Origin: an uncultured delta proteobacterium | Lineage (GTDB): Bacteria > Myxococcota > Myxococcia > Myxococcales > Myxococcaceae | DNA: 64,000 nt | Assembly (NCBI GenBank): GCA_963796055.1 | Contig: CAWCKH010000004.1 | Location: 2,336,001 to 2,400,000 of the forward strand | Direction: 5' to 3' | Shown: in pieces, positions 9,181-18,701 of the stretch | Position numbering within the stretch: position 1 is the first letter of the stretch | Layout: every line of letters begins with the position of its first letter | Made by a program: the position numbers and the translations under genes | The notes under the pieces: generated by a model | What the model was told of the DNA's origin: nothing | Database searches by the model: none | Seen by the model: the letters and a program-made list of their open reading frames with translations, nothing else

Positions 9181-10670
9181 CAGGCCGCCTCGAACAGCGC
9201 CTCCACGAACTCGTGGGGATCGAAGGGGCGCAGGTCCGCGATCTTCTCGCCCACGCCCACCCAGGTGACGGGGATCTTCAGCTCGTCGCTGATGCCAATG
9301 ACCACGCCCCCCTTGGCAGTGCCGTCGAGCTTGGTGAGCGCGATGCCGGTCACGCCCACCGCCTCCTGGAACTGCTTGGCCTGGGCGATGGCGTTCTGGC
9401 CCACGGTGGCGTCGAGGACCAGGAGCACCTCGTGCGGAGCGCCGGGCAGCGCCTTGGCCAGCACCCGCCTGACCTTCTTCAGCTCCTCCATCAGCGGGAC
9501 CTTGGTGTGGAGGCGGCCGGCGGTGTCCACCAGCACCGCGTCGGCACCCTCGTCCACGGCCCGCTTGACCGCATCGAACACCACTGCCCCGGGGTCGGAG
9601 CCGTCGGGTCCGCGAACCAGGGTGGCGTGGGCGCGCTCCGCCCAGACGTCCAGCTGCTCGGTGGCCGCGGCGCGGAAGGTGTCGCCGGCGGCGATGACCA
9701 CCTTCTTGCCTTCCCGGGTCAGCTTCGCCGCCAGCTTCCCGATGGTGGTGGTCTTCCCGCTGCCGTTCACCCCCACCACCATCGTCACGTGGGGCGGCCC
9801 GCCCCCCTGGAGCGAGGCGGGGCGGGGGAGCGAGACCATCCGCTCCACCTCGGAGCGGATCAGCCCCTTCACCCGGCCCACGTCGCCGAGCTCCCGCTTC
9901 TTCAGGCGATCGCGCGCGGCATCCACCAGCTCGGAGGCGGTGCGGACGCCGATGTCGGCGGTGAAGAGGATCTCCTCCAGCTGGGCGAGCACGCTGTCGT
10001 CCACCGCCGCGCCACGGGAGAAGAGCCCGTTCAGCCGGGCCATGAAGCCCTCGCCTCGCGTCCGCTCCAGTCCGGCGGCAAGGGTGCGCCCCGCCTCGGC
10101 CTCGGCACGCGCCCGGGCCTCCTGCTCGGCACGGAGCCGCTCGGCCTCGGCAGCCTCCCGCGCCCGCGCCTCCTCCTCCTCGCGCAGCCGGCGGGCCTCC
10201 GCCTCCCCGCGGGCGCGGCGCTCGCGGGCCTCGGCCTCGGCCGCCTTCTTTGCCCGGTACTCCTCGCGCTTGGCCTCCTCCTCGCGCTCCTTGAGCGCGC
10301 GGGCCTCGGCTTCCAGGCGGCCGCGCTCGGCAGCCTCGGCCTCGGCGCGGGCCTTCTCTTGCAGCTCGCGCCGCTCGCGGGCGAGGGCGTCGGCGCGGGC
10401 CCGGGCAGCGGTAACCTCCTCGCGGGCGCGGGCCTCGTCCGGGCCGGGGACGATCTCCGGCCGGACCGGCGGCGGGGCCGGCAGCTCGGGTGGGGCAGGG
10501 GGCGGTGCCTCCGCCCGCCGACGTGCCCGGGCCCGCAGGGCGAGCGCGGCCGACGCCGCGACGACCACGAGGAGACCTCCCCCCAACAGCTCGATCTGGT
10601 GAAGATCGAGACCGAAGAACAGCTCGGGAGGTGGGGCGGGAACCTGAGCCAGCAGCTGGAACGGCGACAT
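9180..10670 (-). CDS. ftsY: SRP receptor FtsY with N-terminal TM and Ala/Glu/Arg coiled coil
   Basis: GVNGSGKTTT, DTFRAAA, DTAGR, TKLDGTAKGG, GVGE. Confidence 0.97.
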   Translation of the reverse strand: MSPFQLLAQVPAPPPELFFGLDLHQIELLGGGLLVVVAASAALALRARARRRAEAPPPAPPELPAPPPVRPEIVPGPDEARAREEVTAARARADALARERRELQEKARAEAEAAERGRLEAEARALKEREEEAKREEYRAKKAAEAEARERRARGEAEARRLREEEEARAREAAEAERLRAEQEARARAEAEAGRTLAAGLERTRGEGFMARLNGLFSRGAAVDDSVLAQLEEILFTADIGVRTASELVDAARDRLKKRELGDVGRVKGLIRSEVERMVSLPRPASLQGGGPPHVTMVVGVNGSGKTTTIGKLAAKLTREGKKVVIAAGDTFRAAATEQLDVWAERAHATLVRGPDGSDPGAVVFDAVKRAVDEGADAVLVDTAGRLHTKVPLMEELKKVRRVLAKALPGAPHEVLLVLDATVGQNAIAQAKQFQEAVGVTGIALTKLDGTAKGGVVIGISDELKIPVTWVGVGEKIADLRPFDPHEFVEALFEAA

Positions 10671-10741
10671 GAGGCGCCCCTCTTACGTCAACTGACGCTT
10701 TCGTCGACACCCGGTGTGTGCGCTAAGAGTCGCCCCCCAGC

Positions 10742-11281
10742 ATGCGCCGCGCGTTCGCCCTCGTCTCCCTGCTCAGCATCCTCCCGGCCTGCATCGTCGA
10801 GGCGCCCACCTCCGAGAAATCGGGCGGTGCGGCGCAGTCCGCGCGCGGGCAGGTCAAGCCCGTGCCCGTGAAGAACGGCGCGGTGCTGGGCGACCTCGCC
10901 GAGCTGGTGGGCGCCACCTTCGCCCCACCCTCGATGTCGACGAGCGACGGGACGCGGGTGGTGCTGGTCTTTCGGACCATCAAGCCCACGACGGACGACT
11001 GGCAGGTGTTCGTGCACGTCGAGGACGCCGAAGGGCGCGGGGAGCGGCTGAACGCCGACCACCCGCTGCGCAACCCGACCAGCCGGTGGAAGGCCGGGGA
11101 GGTGGTGCAGGACGAATTCGTCGTCACCCTGCCGCCGGGGTGGAAGTCGCGGGCGGTGAACGTCTTCGTCGGTCTGTGGCTGCCGTCGACCAACGCACGG
11201 ATGAAGGTCCGGAACCCCGAGGCGGTCCGCACCGATGGCAACGACCGGGTGCTCCTGGTGCAGTTGCCGGTCGTGGGCTGA
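10742..11281 (+). CDS. Hypothetical lipoprotein (Ig-like beta domain)
   Basis: LLSILPAC lipobox; W.VFVH...NADH...W..GEVV.D pattern. Confidence 0.65.
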   Translation: MRRAFALVSLLSILPACIVEAPTSEKSGGAAQSARGQVKPVPVKNGAVLGDLAELVGATFAPPSMSTSDGTRVVLVFRTIKPTTDDWQVFVHVEDAEGRGERLNADHPLRNPTSRWKAGEVVQDEFVVTLPPGWKSRAVNVFVGLWLPSTNARMKVRNPEAVRTDGNDRVLLVQLPVVG

Positions 11282-11295
11282 GCAACAGAAAAAAG

Positions 11296-11688
<393 letters not shown>

Positions 11689-11706
<18 letters not shown>

Positions 11707-12546
11707 CAACCGGGGACTTATCGCGCCGGGGGTCGCGACGCCACCTTGCCCCCGGCTGGAGGTGTGGATGATGCCGGTCCGGAACCGCGGATCGCGGAGA
11801 ACGAGGACCAGCGCCGTCGCCAGATAGAAGCCTCCGCGGAGCCAGGCCATCCGCGTCCCATCGGCTCCACTGAACATCGGGCCCGCGAACTCGCCACCGA
11901 ACGTGTTCTGGGCGGTGTGCATCAGCAATGGCAGGAGCACGACCCCCCCGGACCGCTGGTACAGCCAGCCGAAGACCACCGACGCGGAAAGGATGCCGAC
12001 GAAGCCCGGGGCAACCTCGCCGGTCCGGGCGAGCAACAGCGGCAGGTGCCAGGCGAACCACACCACGCCGACCAGAAGGCTGGCCTGCAGCATCGACCGG
12101 CGCTCCGAGACCCGGGCCAGGGCGAACCCGCGCCACGCGGGTTCCTCGCCCAGGGGGCCGCCGAGGACCATCACCAGCGGGAACGCGACCAGGAGCCCCG
12201 GCCACGCGCTCCACCGCTCCGGCGTGGGGGGCACCGCTCCGAGCGCCACGTTGGCCCCGATCCCCAGCAGCGTGGCCCCCAGCGGGAAGAGCAGGGCGAA
12301 GGCGTACAGCGAGGGCGCGGCGCGCCAGCGGAGCAGCGTCCGGGCCCACGCCTTCATCCCACGGCCGCCACCCACCAGGGCGGTGACCACCACTGCCGCG
12401 AGGAGCGGGCCGTACGGGTCCAGCCCCAGCTCGCCCCCGGGATGGACGAGCGCAACCAGGTAGGCGCGCCACGAGAGGGGAAAGGTGAGCGCGTAGAAGG
12501 CGGCCACCGGGTGCGCGCGGACGAGCTGGCGGAATCGGGAGAACAT
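11689..12546 (-). CDS. CPBP/CAAX-family intramembrane metalloprotease
   Basis: GPLGEEPAWRGF, WFAWHLP, LMHTAQN motifs; multiple TMs; stop falls inside the rnpB 5' end. Confidence 0.88.
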
Positions 12547-12697
12547 GAATCGAAGTTCGTGCTTGCTCGCCTGACGCTCCTCCCGGCCGGGCATTGCATC
12601 GAACTCTCCCCGCGAGCGTGTTGCATGACTCCTGATTACAGCGAGCGGCTCGCGCTGCGACGGCCCGGGAGGCGGAGGATAGGGTCGCTGCTGCGCC

Positions 12698-13430
12698 TCA
12701 CCAGACGGCGGTGAAGCCGACCAGGTACTGCTGTGCAACCAGCGTCTCGGGATGTAGGCGGAGGATCAGCCGTGCGTCGAGATCCAAGGACCACACGGGG
12801 GAGAGGTGAAACCGGACCAGCGGCAGATACCGGAGCCCCAGGCGCCCCGAGCCGAGTGTCAGCGCGAGGGCGTCGGATGGCCAGCCGACAGCACCGAGCG
12901 TGACGTTGAACGAGACCAGCCCCTGGGAGGGTGTGTGTGAAGAACACGCTCCCGCCGAGCTCCAGCACGGGTGACACCTGGCTGTACTGCCCCCGCCAGC
13001 TTCCGCTCACGCCCAGGCTCGTCGTGCCGGAGAACCAGTGCCGGTACCCGGCACCGACCGACAGGACGACGATGAATCGCTCGACCGACCCGTACCCGAT
13101 GCCGTCGATGCCCGCGCCGAGCACCACCTCGTCCCGGAGGCGCTTCCCGAGGAGCACGCTCGCCCCTGGCATCAGGAACGACACCTCGAGCCAGTCGAGC
13201 GGAGACCAGGCAATCTGCAATCGCAGCAGCCCGTTGGTACCGGACGCGCTGCCGTTCCAGCCCTCGGGCGTGAGCTCGACGCCGAGGCCGAAGCCCACGC
13301 CCACTGCGTGCAGGGGAAGGAGCGACTCCTGCGACGCCGGCGGCACGATCTCCGCGGTGCCCTCGGCCGCGGGTGAGGCCACCGAAGGCATACCCAGCAG
13401 CACCACGACCAGTCTCACGAGCCCCTTCAT
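12698..13430 (-). pseudogene. Frameshifted outer-membrane beta-barrel protein
   Basis: Signal peptide and amphipathic strands; removing one C near 12925-12927 continues the frame as QGLVSFNVTLG...QQYLVGFTAVW-stop (terminal aromatic). Confidence 0.7.
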
Positions 13431-13611
13431 CGGTCCCCCCTCGAGGGTGCACGCGTGAACACCCGTCCCGCCGCGGCCGGCCCTGGGAAGAGCGCGCTGC
13501 GGGAAGACCGAAGTATGGAAGCTCAACGCGCCCGCTGCGCGCTTTTCGTCGTCCCGTCTCCGAACCTGGACGGGAGCTCGACCAGACCTTGCGCCGGCCC
13601 GGTCCGGACCG

Positions 13612-14211
13612 TCAGGGCATCCGCTCGTCGATGGCCCGGTTGCTCATCTCGTCCGCCTCGGCGTTCTGCGCCCGGGGGACGTGCACCAGCTTCACCTTCC
13701 GGAATGCCTTCAGCAGGCTGAGCGCCTCGCTGTGCAGCTCGCGCAGCGCCGGGGACCGGACCTGGTAGGTACCGGAGAGCTGGCGAATCATCAGCTCGCT
13801 GTCGGCGATCACCTCCAGCTCCTCGGCCCCGAGCTCGTGTGCCCGCCGCAGCCCGAGCAGCAGGGCCTGGTACTCGGCGACGTTGTTGGTCTGGCGGCCG
13901 AGGAACTTCCCCAGGCGCTCCAGGACGTGCCCGTCCACGTCGTAGATCACCGCGCCGGCCCCCGCAGGACCGGGGTTCCCCCGGGCGGCCCCGTCCGAGG
14001 CCACCCGGAGCTTCCGATGCGCCTGGACCGAGTGCGGCGGCCCATGGGGGTTCACCTGAGGCGCCGGGTGCGTCGGGGCCGGCAGGCCGAGCAGCACCCC
14101 CACCAGGTCCGTCCTCGACAGCCCCGGAAACCGCGCCAGGGTACGGTCCAGCCCCTCCTCCTCGGCGATGACCCGGAGGAGCTCGGGAAGCGACGGGCGC
14201 TGCCCGCTCAT
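13612..14211 (-). CDS. rnhA: Ribonuclease HI (Rv2228c/archaeal-like)
   Basis: SDGAARGNPGPAGAG, TNNVAEY, DSEL, HVPRAQN..AD; ATG 14211 overlaps upstream stop. Confidence 0.93.
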   Translation of the reverse strand: MSGQRPSLPELLRVIAEEEGLDRTLARFPGLSRTDLVGVLLGLPAPTHPAPQVNPHGPPHSVQAHRKLRVASDGAARGNPGPAGAGAVIYDVDGHVLERLGKFLGRQTNNVAEYQALLLGLRRAHELGAEELEVIADSELMIRQLSGTYQVRSPALRELHSEALSLLKAFRKVKLVHVPRAQNAEADEMSNRAIDERMP

Positions 14212-14939
14212 CCCTTCTTCGCCGGGGGCGGCTCGATGGCCTCCGGCGCGCAGATGATGCGGTGACACGACGGACAGATGTCCGTCTCCAGCGTGGTCTT
14301 CAGCGTGTTGTAGAGCTGCGGCGGCACGCTCATGTTGCAGCCCTGGCACGTTCCGGCGACCACCGTGACCAGCGCGGGGGTCCGGCGCTTGCGCACCGTC
14401 TCGTAGCGCGCGAGCAGCGGCGGGTGGACGGCCTTGGCCACCTCGGCGCGCTTCGCCTCGAGCTCCTTCAGCTGGCCCTCGAAGCCGGCGATCTTGGCCC
14501 GGAGCTCGTTCAGCTTCGCCCCGATCTCGGCGACCTTGGCGGCGTACTGCTGCTCCTTGGCCTTCACCACCTCGCGGAGCTGGGCCTGGATCTTCCCCAG
14601 CTCCACCAGCTCCTCGGCCATGGTGGCGTTGGCCTTCTTCGCGATGTCGATCTCGCGGGCCAGCGCGGCGTACTCGCGGGTGGAACGCTGCTCGGAGAGC
14701 CGCGACTCCCACTTGCGGACCTTCTCCTTCTCCTCGGCGATGTTCTGCTCCAGGGTCCGCCGTTGCCGCTCCACGTCGAGCAGCTTGGCCCGCTCGGCCT
14801 CCACCTCACCCTTGGCCAGGGACAGCTCGCGCTCCAGCTCTCCCATCTGCCTGGGGTACACCTCGGCCGACTTGCGAAGCGCCACGATCTCCAGATCCAC
14901 CTTCTGGAGATCGGCCAGGGCCTTCAATCGTTCCTGCAA
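14208..14939 (-). CDS. Coiled-coil protein with C4 zinc ribbon (DUF164/CT398-like)
   Basis: Long coiled coil, CQGCNM...CPSCHRI; usual neighbour of rnhA. Confidence 0.9.
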   Translation of the reverse strand: MQERLKALADLQKVDLEIVALRKSAEVYPRQMGELERELSLAKGEVEAERAKLLDVERQRRTLEQNIAEEKEKVRKWESRLSEQRSTREYAALAREIDIAKKANATMAEELVELGKIQAQLREVVKAKEQQYAAKVAEIGAKLNELRAKIAGFEGQLKELEAKRAEVAKAVHPPLLARYETVRKRRTPALVTVVAGTCQGCNMSVPPQLYNTLKTTLETDICPSCHRIICAPEAIEPPPAKKG

Positions 14940-15037
14940 AGCTGAGCTGCCTCCTGCCGCCGGAGCTGGCGCCGCGCGCCTTGTAGCAACGAAGCGTTCG
15001 CAGTGCCAACGCCCTTGGGTCTGCTAATTGGACGGAG

Positions 15038-15559
15038 ATGCGTTTCTGTCCGCGATGTGCCACGCCGCTGGAACGGCGCCAGACGGGCGGGCGCGAGCGG
15101 CAGGCCTGTCCGGGGGAAGGGTGCGGTTTCGTCTTCTACGACAACCCGCTGCCGGTCGTGGCCGGGCTGGTGGAGCACGAGGGGGAGGTGCTCCTGGTCC
15201 GCTCGGTGGGGTGGCCCGAGTCCTGGTACGGCCTGGTCACCGGATTCCTGGAGCGAGACGAGGAGCCGGAAGCGGCCGTCCTCCGCGAGCTCCGCGAGGA
15301 GCTGGGGCTGGAAGGGAAGGTGGTGGCGCCCATCGGGGTGTACACCTTCCCCGAGCGCAACGAGCTCATCCTCGCCTACCACGTCGAGGCCCGGGGCGAG
15401 GTGCGGCTGGGGGAGGAGCTCGCCGGGATGAAGCGGGTCCGTCCCGAGAAGCTGCGCCCATGGCCCTTCGGCACCGGGCACGCGGTGCGGGACTGGCTCG
15501 CGCGCCGGGTACCCGGGCCAGGAACCCCGGGCGAGCTCAGTCCTCGTCGTCCGGAGTGA
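15038..15559 (+). CDS. NUDIX hydrolase with N-terminal zinc ribbon
   Basis: FCPRCA...C...C.FVFYDNP; Nudix box [22 protein letters not shown]. Confidence 0.9.
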   Translation: MRFCPRCATPLERRQTGGRERQACPGEGCGFVFYDNPLPVVAGLVEHEGEVLLVRSVGWPESWYGLVTGFLERDEEPEAAVLRELREELGLEGKVVAPIGVYTFPERNELILAYHVEARGEVRLGEELAGMKRVRPEKLRPWPFGTGHAVRDWLARRVPGPGTPGELSPRRPE

Positions 15560-15818
15560 CGGCCTCGTCGTCGTCGAAGCTGTCGAGGTCCTCGGCCTCC
15601 TCGGGCTCCTCGGCCTCGGGCTCGGGCGGCGCGGGCTCCACCGGCCGGGGCACCGCGGCCAGGCGGCCCCGGCGTGGCTCCGGTGCTGGACGGTTGGCCG
15701 GGCTGTCCTTCTGGTCCGCCCCGCACTTGGGGCAGACCGCCTCGGGCTTTCTCAGGTCGTAGAACTTGGTCCCGCACTTGAAGCAGACGTGCTTGGTCCC
15801 GAGGTCCTTCGCCGGCAT
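15537..15818 (-). CDS. FYDLN-acid family protein (TIGR02300)
   Basis: [17 protein letters not shown]...VCPKCG with acidic tail. Confidence 0.9.
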   Translation of the reverse strand: MPAKDLGTKHVCFKCGTKFYDLRKPEAVCPKCGADQKDSPANRPAPEPRRGRLAAVPRPVEPAPPEPEAEEPEEAEDLDSFDDDEAVTPDDED

Positions 15819-15925
15819 CGACTCACCTGTTCCTTCGCGGGAGAGGGGGAAACGAGGCGGCGATGTAGGCGTCCGGTGCCTCCCAAGTCAACGCTGGAAC
15901 ACCGTACGATGCCCCTTCTGCGGCC

Positions 15926-17188
15926 TTGACCTTCTTCTGCGACAGCTGTGGGCAGCCCCTGCTGCTCGAGGGCGACCCCTCCCCCGGACTCAGAGTCTCG
16001 TGCCCGAGCTGCCAGGCGACGGTCGAGGTCCCCCTCCCGGCCGGCGACGAGCCGCTGGAGCTGAGCTGGTTCGCCATGGTGCGCGGCTCGCAGGTGGGTC
16101 CCATGCCCCAGGGCCCGCTCGAGCAGCTCATCCGGGCGGGTGAGGTCACCGGCAAGTCGTTCGTGTGGTGCGAGGGGATGGCCGAGTGGCGCAGGGCGGA
16201 GACCCTGCCCCAGCTGGCCCAGCCGCTGGCGGCCACCCGGCCCCCGAAACCGGCCTCCACCGCCGATCTGTCGCAACTCTTCAGCGATCTCGACCTGACG
16301 GTGTCCCGCCCGATGGACGCACGGGCGGTGGAGCAGATGCTCTCGGGCTCCCGCGCGCCCAAGGCGGCGCTGGCGGAGCCGGTCACCGCCCCTGTCCGCA
16401 GCGCCACCCGCAGCACCCCCACCGTGAGCACCGCCACCCGGAGGTCCCGCCGGGCGGAGGACGACGAGGACCTCGAGGCCTCGGGGCTCGCCCGGCGCAG
16501 CTCCCCCTGGAAGGTCGTGCTGGCGGTGGTCCTCATCCTCGCCGTGCCGGTGGCGGGGCTGTACGCGCTGTCCAGTCTTCAAGTATTCCCGCTCGAGATT
16601 CCGCAGGTCGACCCGGCAACCGGGGCTTCGGTCAAGGAGCCGATCTTCTCGGCCAAGGGGGTTCGCGGGCTCAAGGCGCTCCTGCTGGGCAGCAAGCCGC
16701 CCTCGGCCCCACCGCCCCGCGAGGTGCGCGCGCCTGCTCCCAAGCCCGCCCCGGCTCCCGCCCCCGCCCCGAAGCCGGAGCCTCCCCCCTCGCCCGAGCT
16801 GAAGAAGCTCTACGGCGACACCCGGAAGGCCGACGTCGGGCCCACCGCCGTCCCGAGCTTCGCCCGTGCCGGGGGCCCCCCGGCGAGCGGTGGCGGGCCC
16901 AACCAGCAGGCCCTGGCGAAGGTGGTCGCCCAGAGCGGTCCGGCATTCCAGTCCTGCATCGAGCAGCAGCTGAGGCGCACGCCCAACTTTCGCGGCGGCA
17001 AGGTGAATCTCGTCGCCACGGTCGGGGCGTCGGGCACCGTCAAGCAGGCACGTCTCGATCGGAAGGAGATCGATCTCTCCGACCTCGGCAGCTGCCTCAA
17101 GTCGCGCGCCAGGCGGCTGGTGTTCCCGTCCTTCGAGGGAGAGGACGTCGAGGTGGAGATCCCCCTGGTCCTCACCGCGGCGCTCTGA
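15926..17188 (+). CDS. Zinc-ribbon/GYF_2/TM/AgmX-PglI C-terminal domain protein (GltJ/AgmX-like)
   Basis: CDSC..CPSC, WF.....QVGP......LIRAGEV...SFVW.EGM.EW, TM helix, Pro-rich linker, TonB_C-like end; start uncertain. Confidence 0.75.
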   Translation: MTFFCDSCGQPLLLEGDPSPGLRVSCPSCQATVEVPLPAGDEPLELSWFAMVRGSQVGPMPQGPLEQLIRAGEVTGKSFVWCEGMAEWRRAETLPQLAQPLAATRPPKPASTADLSQLFSDLDLTVSRPMDARAVEQMLSGSRAPKAALAEPVTAPVRSATRSTPTVSTATRRSRRAEDDEDLEASGLARRSSPWKVVLAVVLILAVPVAGLYALSSLQVFPLEIPQVDPATGASVKEPIFSAKGVRGLKALLLGSKPPSAPPPREVRAPAPKPAPAPAPAPKPEPPPSPELKKLYGDTRKADVGPTAVPSFARAGGPPASGGGPNQQALAKVVAQSGPAFQSCIEQQLRRTPNFRGGKVNLVATVGASGTVKQARLDRKEIDLSDLGSCLKSRARRLVFPSFEGEDVEVEIPLVLTAAL

Positions 17189-17997
17189 TGGCGTCGCCGG
17201 TCGTCATCGCGTGGCTGGAGGTCGTGCAGGCCTGGGCGGGCGCCGGCGCGCCACCGGTGGCCGGGGCCGTGGGACTGGTCCGACCGGGTGGGCCTGCCCG
17301 ACAGCTCCCGTGGGGACGGGCGGCCGCGGCGGCCCTCGGCGATCCGGCGGCGCTTGCCCCGTACATCGACCACACCTTGCTCCGGCCCGACGCGACCGAG
17401 CGGGAGGTCGAGCTCCTCGCCGCCGAGGCCCGTGCGCACGGGCTCGGTGGGGCGTGCGTGCATCCGGTGCACGTCGCCACGCTGGTGCGCGCGCTGGGCG
17501 ACGCCGCGGTGGAACCGGTCTCGGTGGTCGGGTTCCCCCACGGCGCGCACCTGACCGAGATCAAGCTGCTGGAGGCGCGGCGCGCGGCCGACGAGGGCGC
17601 CCGCGCCGTGGACGTGGTTGCCCCGCTCGGGCGGCTGAAGGCCGGTGAGGTCGAGGCGGTGCTCTCCGAGCTCCGGGCGCTGGTGTCCGCGCTCGCGCCG
17701 GTGCCGGTGCGCGTCATCCTCGAGACCGGGCTGCTCCCTCCCCGGGCAGTGGTGCTCGGGGCGGGGCTCGCGCTCGCCGCCGGCTGCGACGCGGTGAAGA
17801 CCTCGACCGGATTCAATGGCCCGGGCGCCCGTCCCGAGGACGTGGCGCTGCTCCGCACGGTGGTCGGCCCTCAGCTGGGGGTGAAGGCCTCGGGAGGGAT
17901 TCGCACCGCCGCGCAGGCCCGGGCGCTGGTGGCCGCCGGGGCGAGCAGGCTCGGTGCCTCTTCCTCGCTGGAGCTGCTGGGTGGTGAGGCGAGCTGA
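17188..17997 (+). CDS. deoC: Deoxyribose-phosphate aldolase
   Basis: IDHTLL, VVGFPHG, VILETG, VKTSTGF, VKASGGIR, RLGASS. Confidence 0.95.
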   Translation: MASPVVIAWLEVVQAWAGAGAPPVAGAVGLVRPGGPARQLPWGRAAAAALGDPAALAPYIDHTLLRPDATEREVELLAAEARAHGLGGACVHPVHVATLVRALGDAAVEPVSVVGFPHGAHLTEIKLLEARRAADEGARAVDVVAPLGRLKAGEVEAVLSELRALVSALAPVPVRVILETGLLPPRAVVLGAGLALAAGCDAVKTSTGFNGPGARPEDVALLRTVVGPQLGVKASGGIRTAAQARALVAAGASRLGASSSLELLGGEAS

Positions 17998-18086
17998 ACG
18001 CCCGCGCACCCCGGTCGAGACCCAGGCGGTTGCTGCCCCGCGGGGGCGAGCACAGGTTGGCCGGAACACTCGGAGGGAGGTGTTCC

Positions 18087-18242
18087 ATGCTCTTCGCCAT
18101 CGGAGCGATTCTGCTGGTCGTCTGGCTGGCGAGCCTCGCGCTCAAGGTCACCGTGGGGGCCATCCACCTGCTGCTGGTGGCGGCGGTGGTGCTGTTCGTC
18201 ATCGGATTCATCCGGGGACGCACCGGACGAACGCCGGCGTGA
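18087..18242 (+). CDS. Small two-TM membrane protein (lmo0937/DUF5670-like)
   Basis: GGAGG RBS; LLVVWL...GAIHLLLV pattern. Confidence 0.75.
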   Translation: MLFAIGAILLVVWLASLALKVTVGAIHLLLVAAVVLFVIGFIRGRTGRTPA

Positions 18243-18302
18243 GCCCACTTCGGTGCTGGACCTGCCGCCCGGGCGCGCTAGAAGCCGGAGCGCGGGGGTT
18301 CG

Positions 18303-18701
18303 ATGGGGCTGACGGCCGCTCAAAAGAAGACACTCCGCCGGGCGCTGCAGGCCCTGGTGAGCCAGGTGTCGGCGAAGGGTTCCCAGCGCATCGCCCCCAA
18401 CCGGACCGACGAGACGAAGGTGGGCGGTGACGAGGACGAGCAGCCGCTCAACGAGATGCTCCAGGCCATCGCCTCTGACCGGAATCGTGCGTCAGGGGAT
18501 GCCCTGGGACGGGCCCAGCGCGCCCTGGAGAAGCTGGACAGTGCCCCGGACGAGGCCGGCAGCTGCGAGGAGTGCGGCGAGGACATCCCATGGGGCCGGC
18601 TGAAGGCCATGCCCTACGCCGAGCTCTGCGTCGGCTGCCAGGGCAAGCGCGACGGGCCGCAGCGCGGGCCCACCCGACGAGGCCTGACGGACTTCCGATG
18701 A
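18303..18701 (+). CDS. TraR/DksA-family C4 zinc-finger protein
   Basis: Coiled coil with DEDE tip; CEECGEDI...RLKAMP.A.LCVGCQ. Confidence 0.9.
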   Translation: MGLTAAQKKTLRRALQALVSQVSAKGSQRIAPNRTDETKVGGDEDEQPLNEMLQAIASDRNRASGDALGRAQRALEKLDSAPDEAGSCEECGEDIPWGRLKAMPYAELCVGCQGKRDGPQRGPTRRGLTDFR

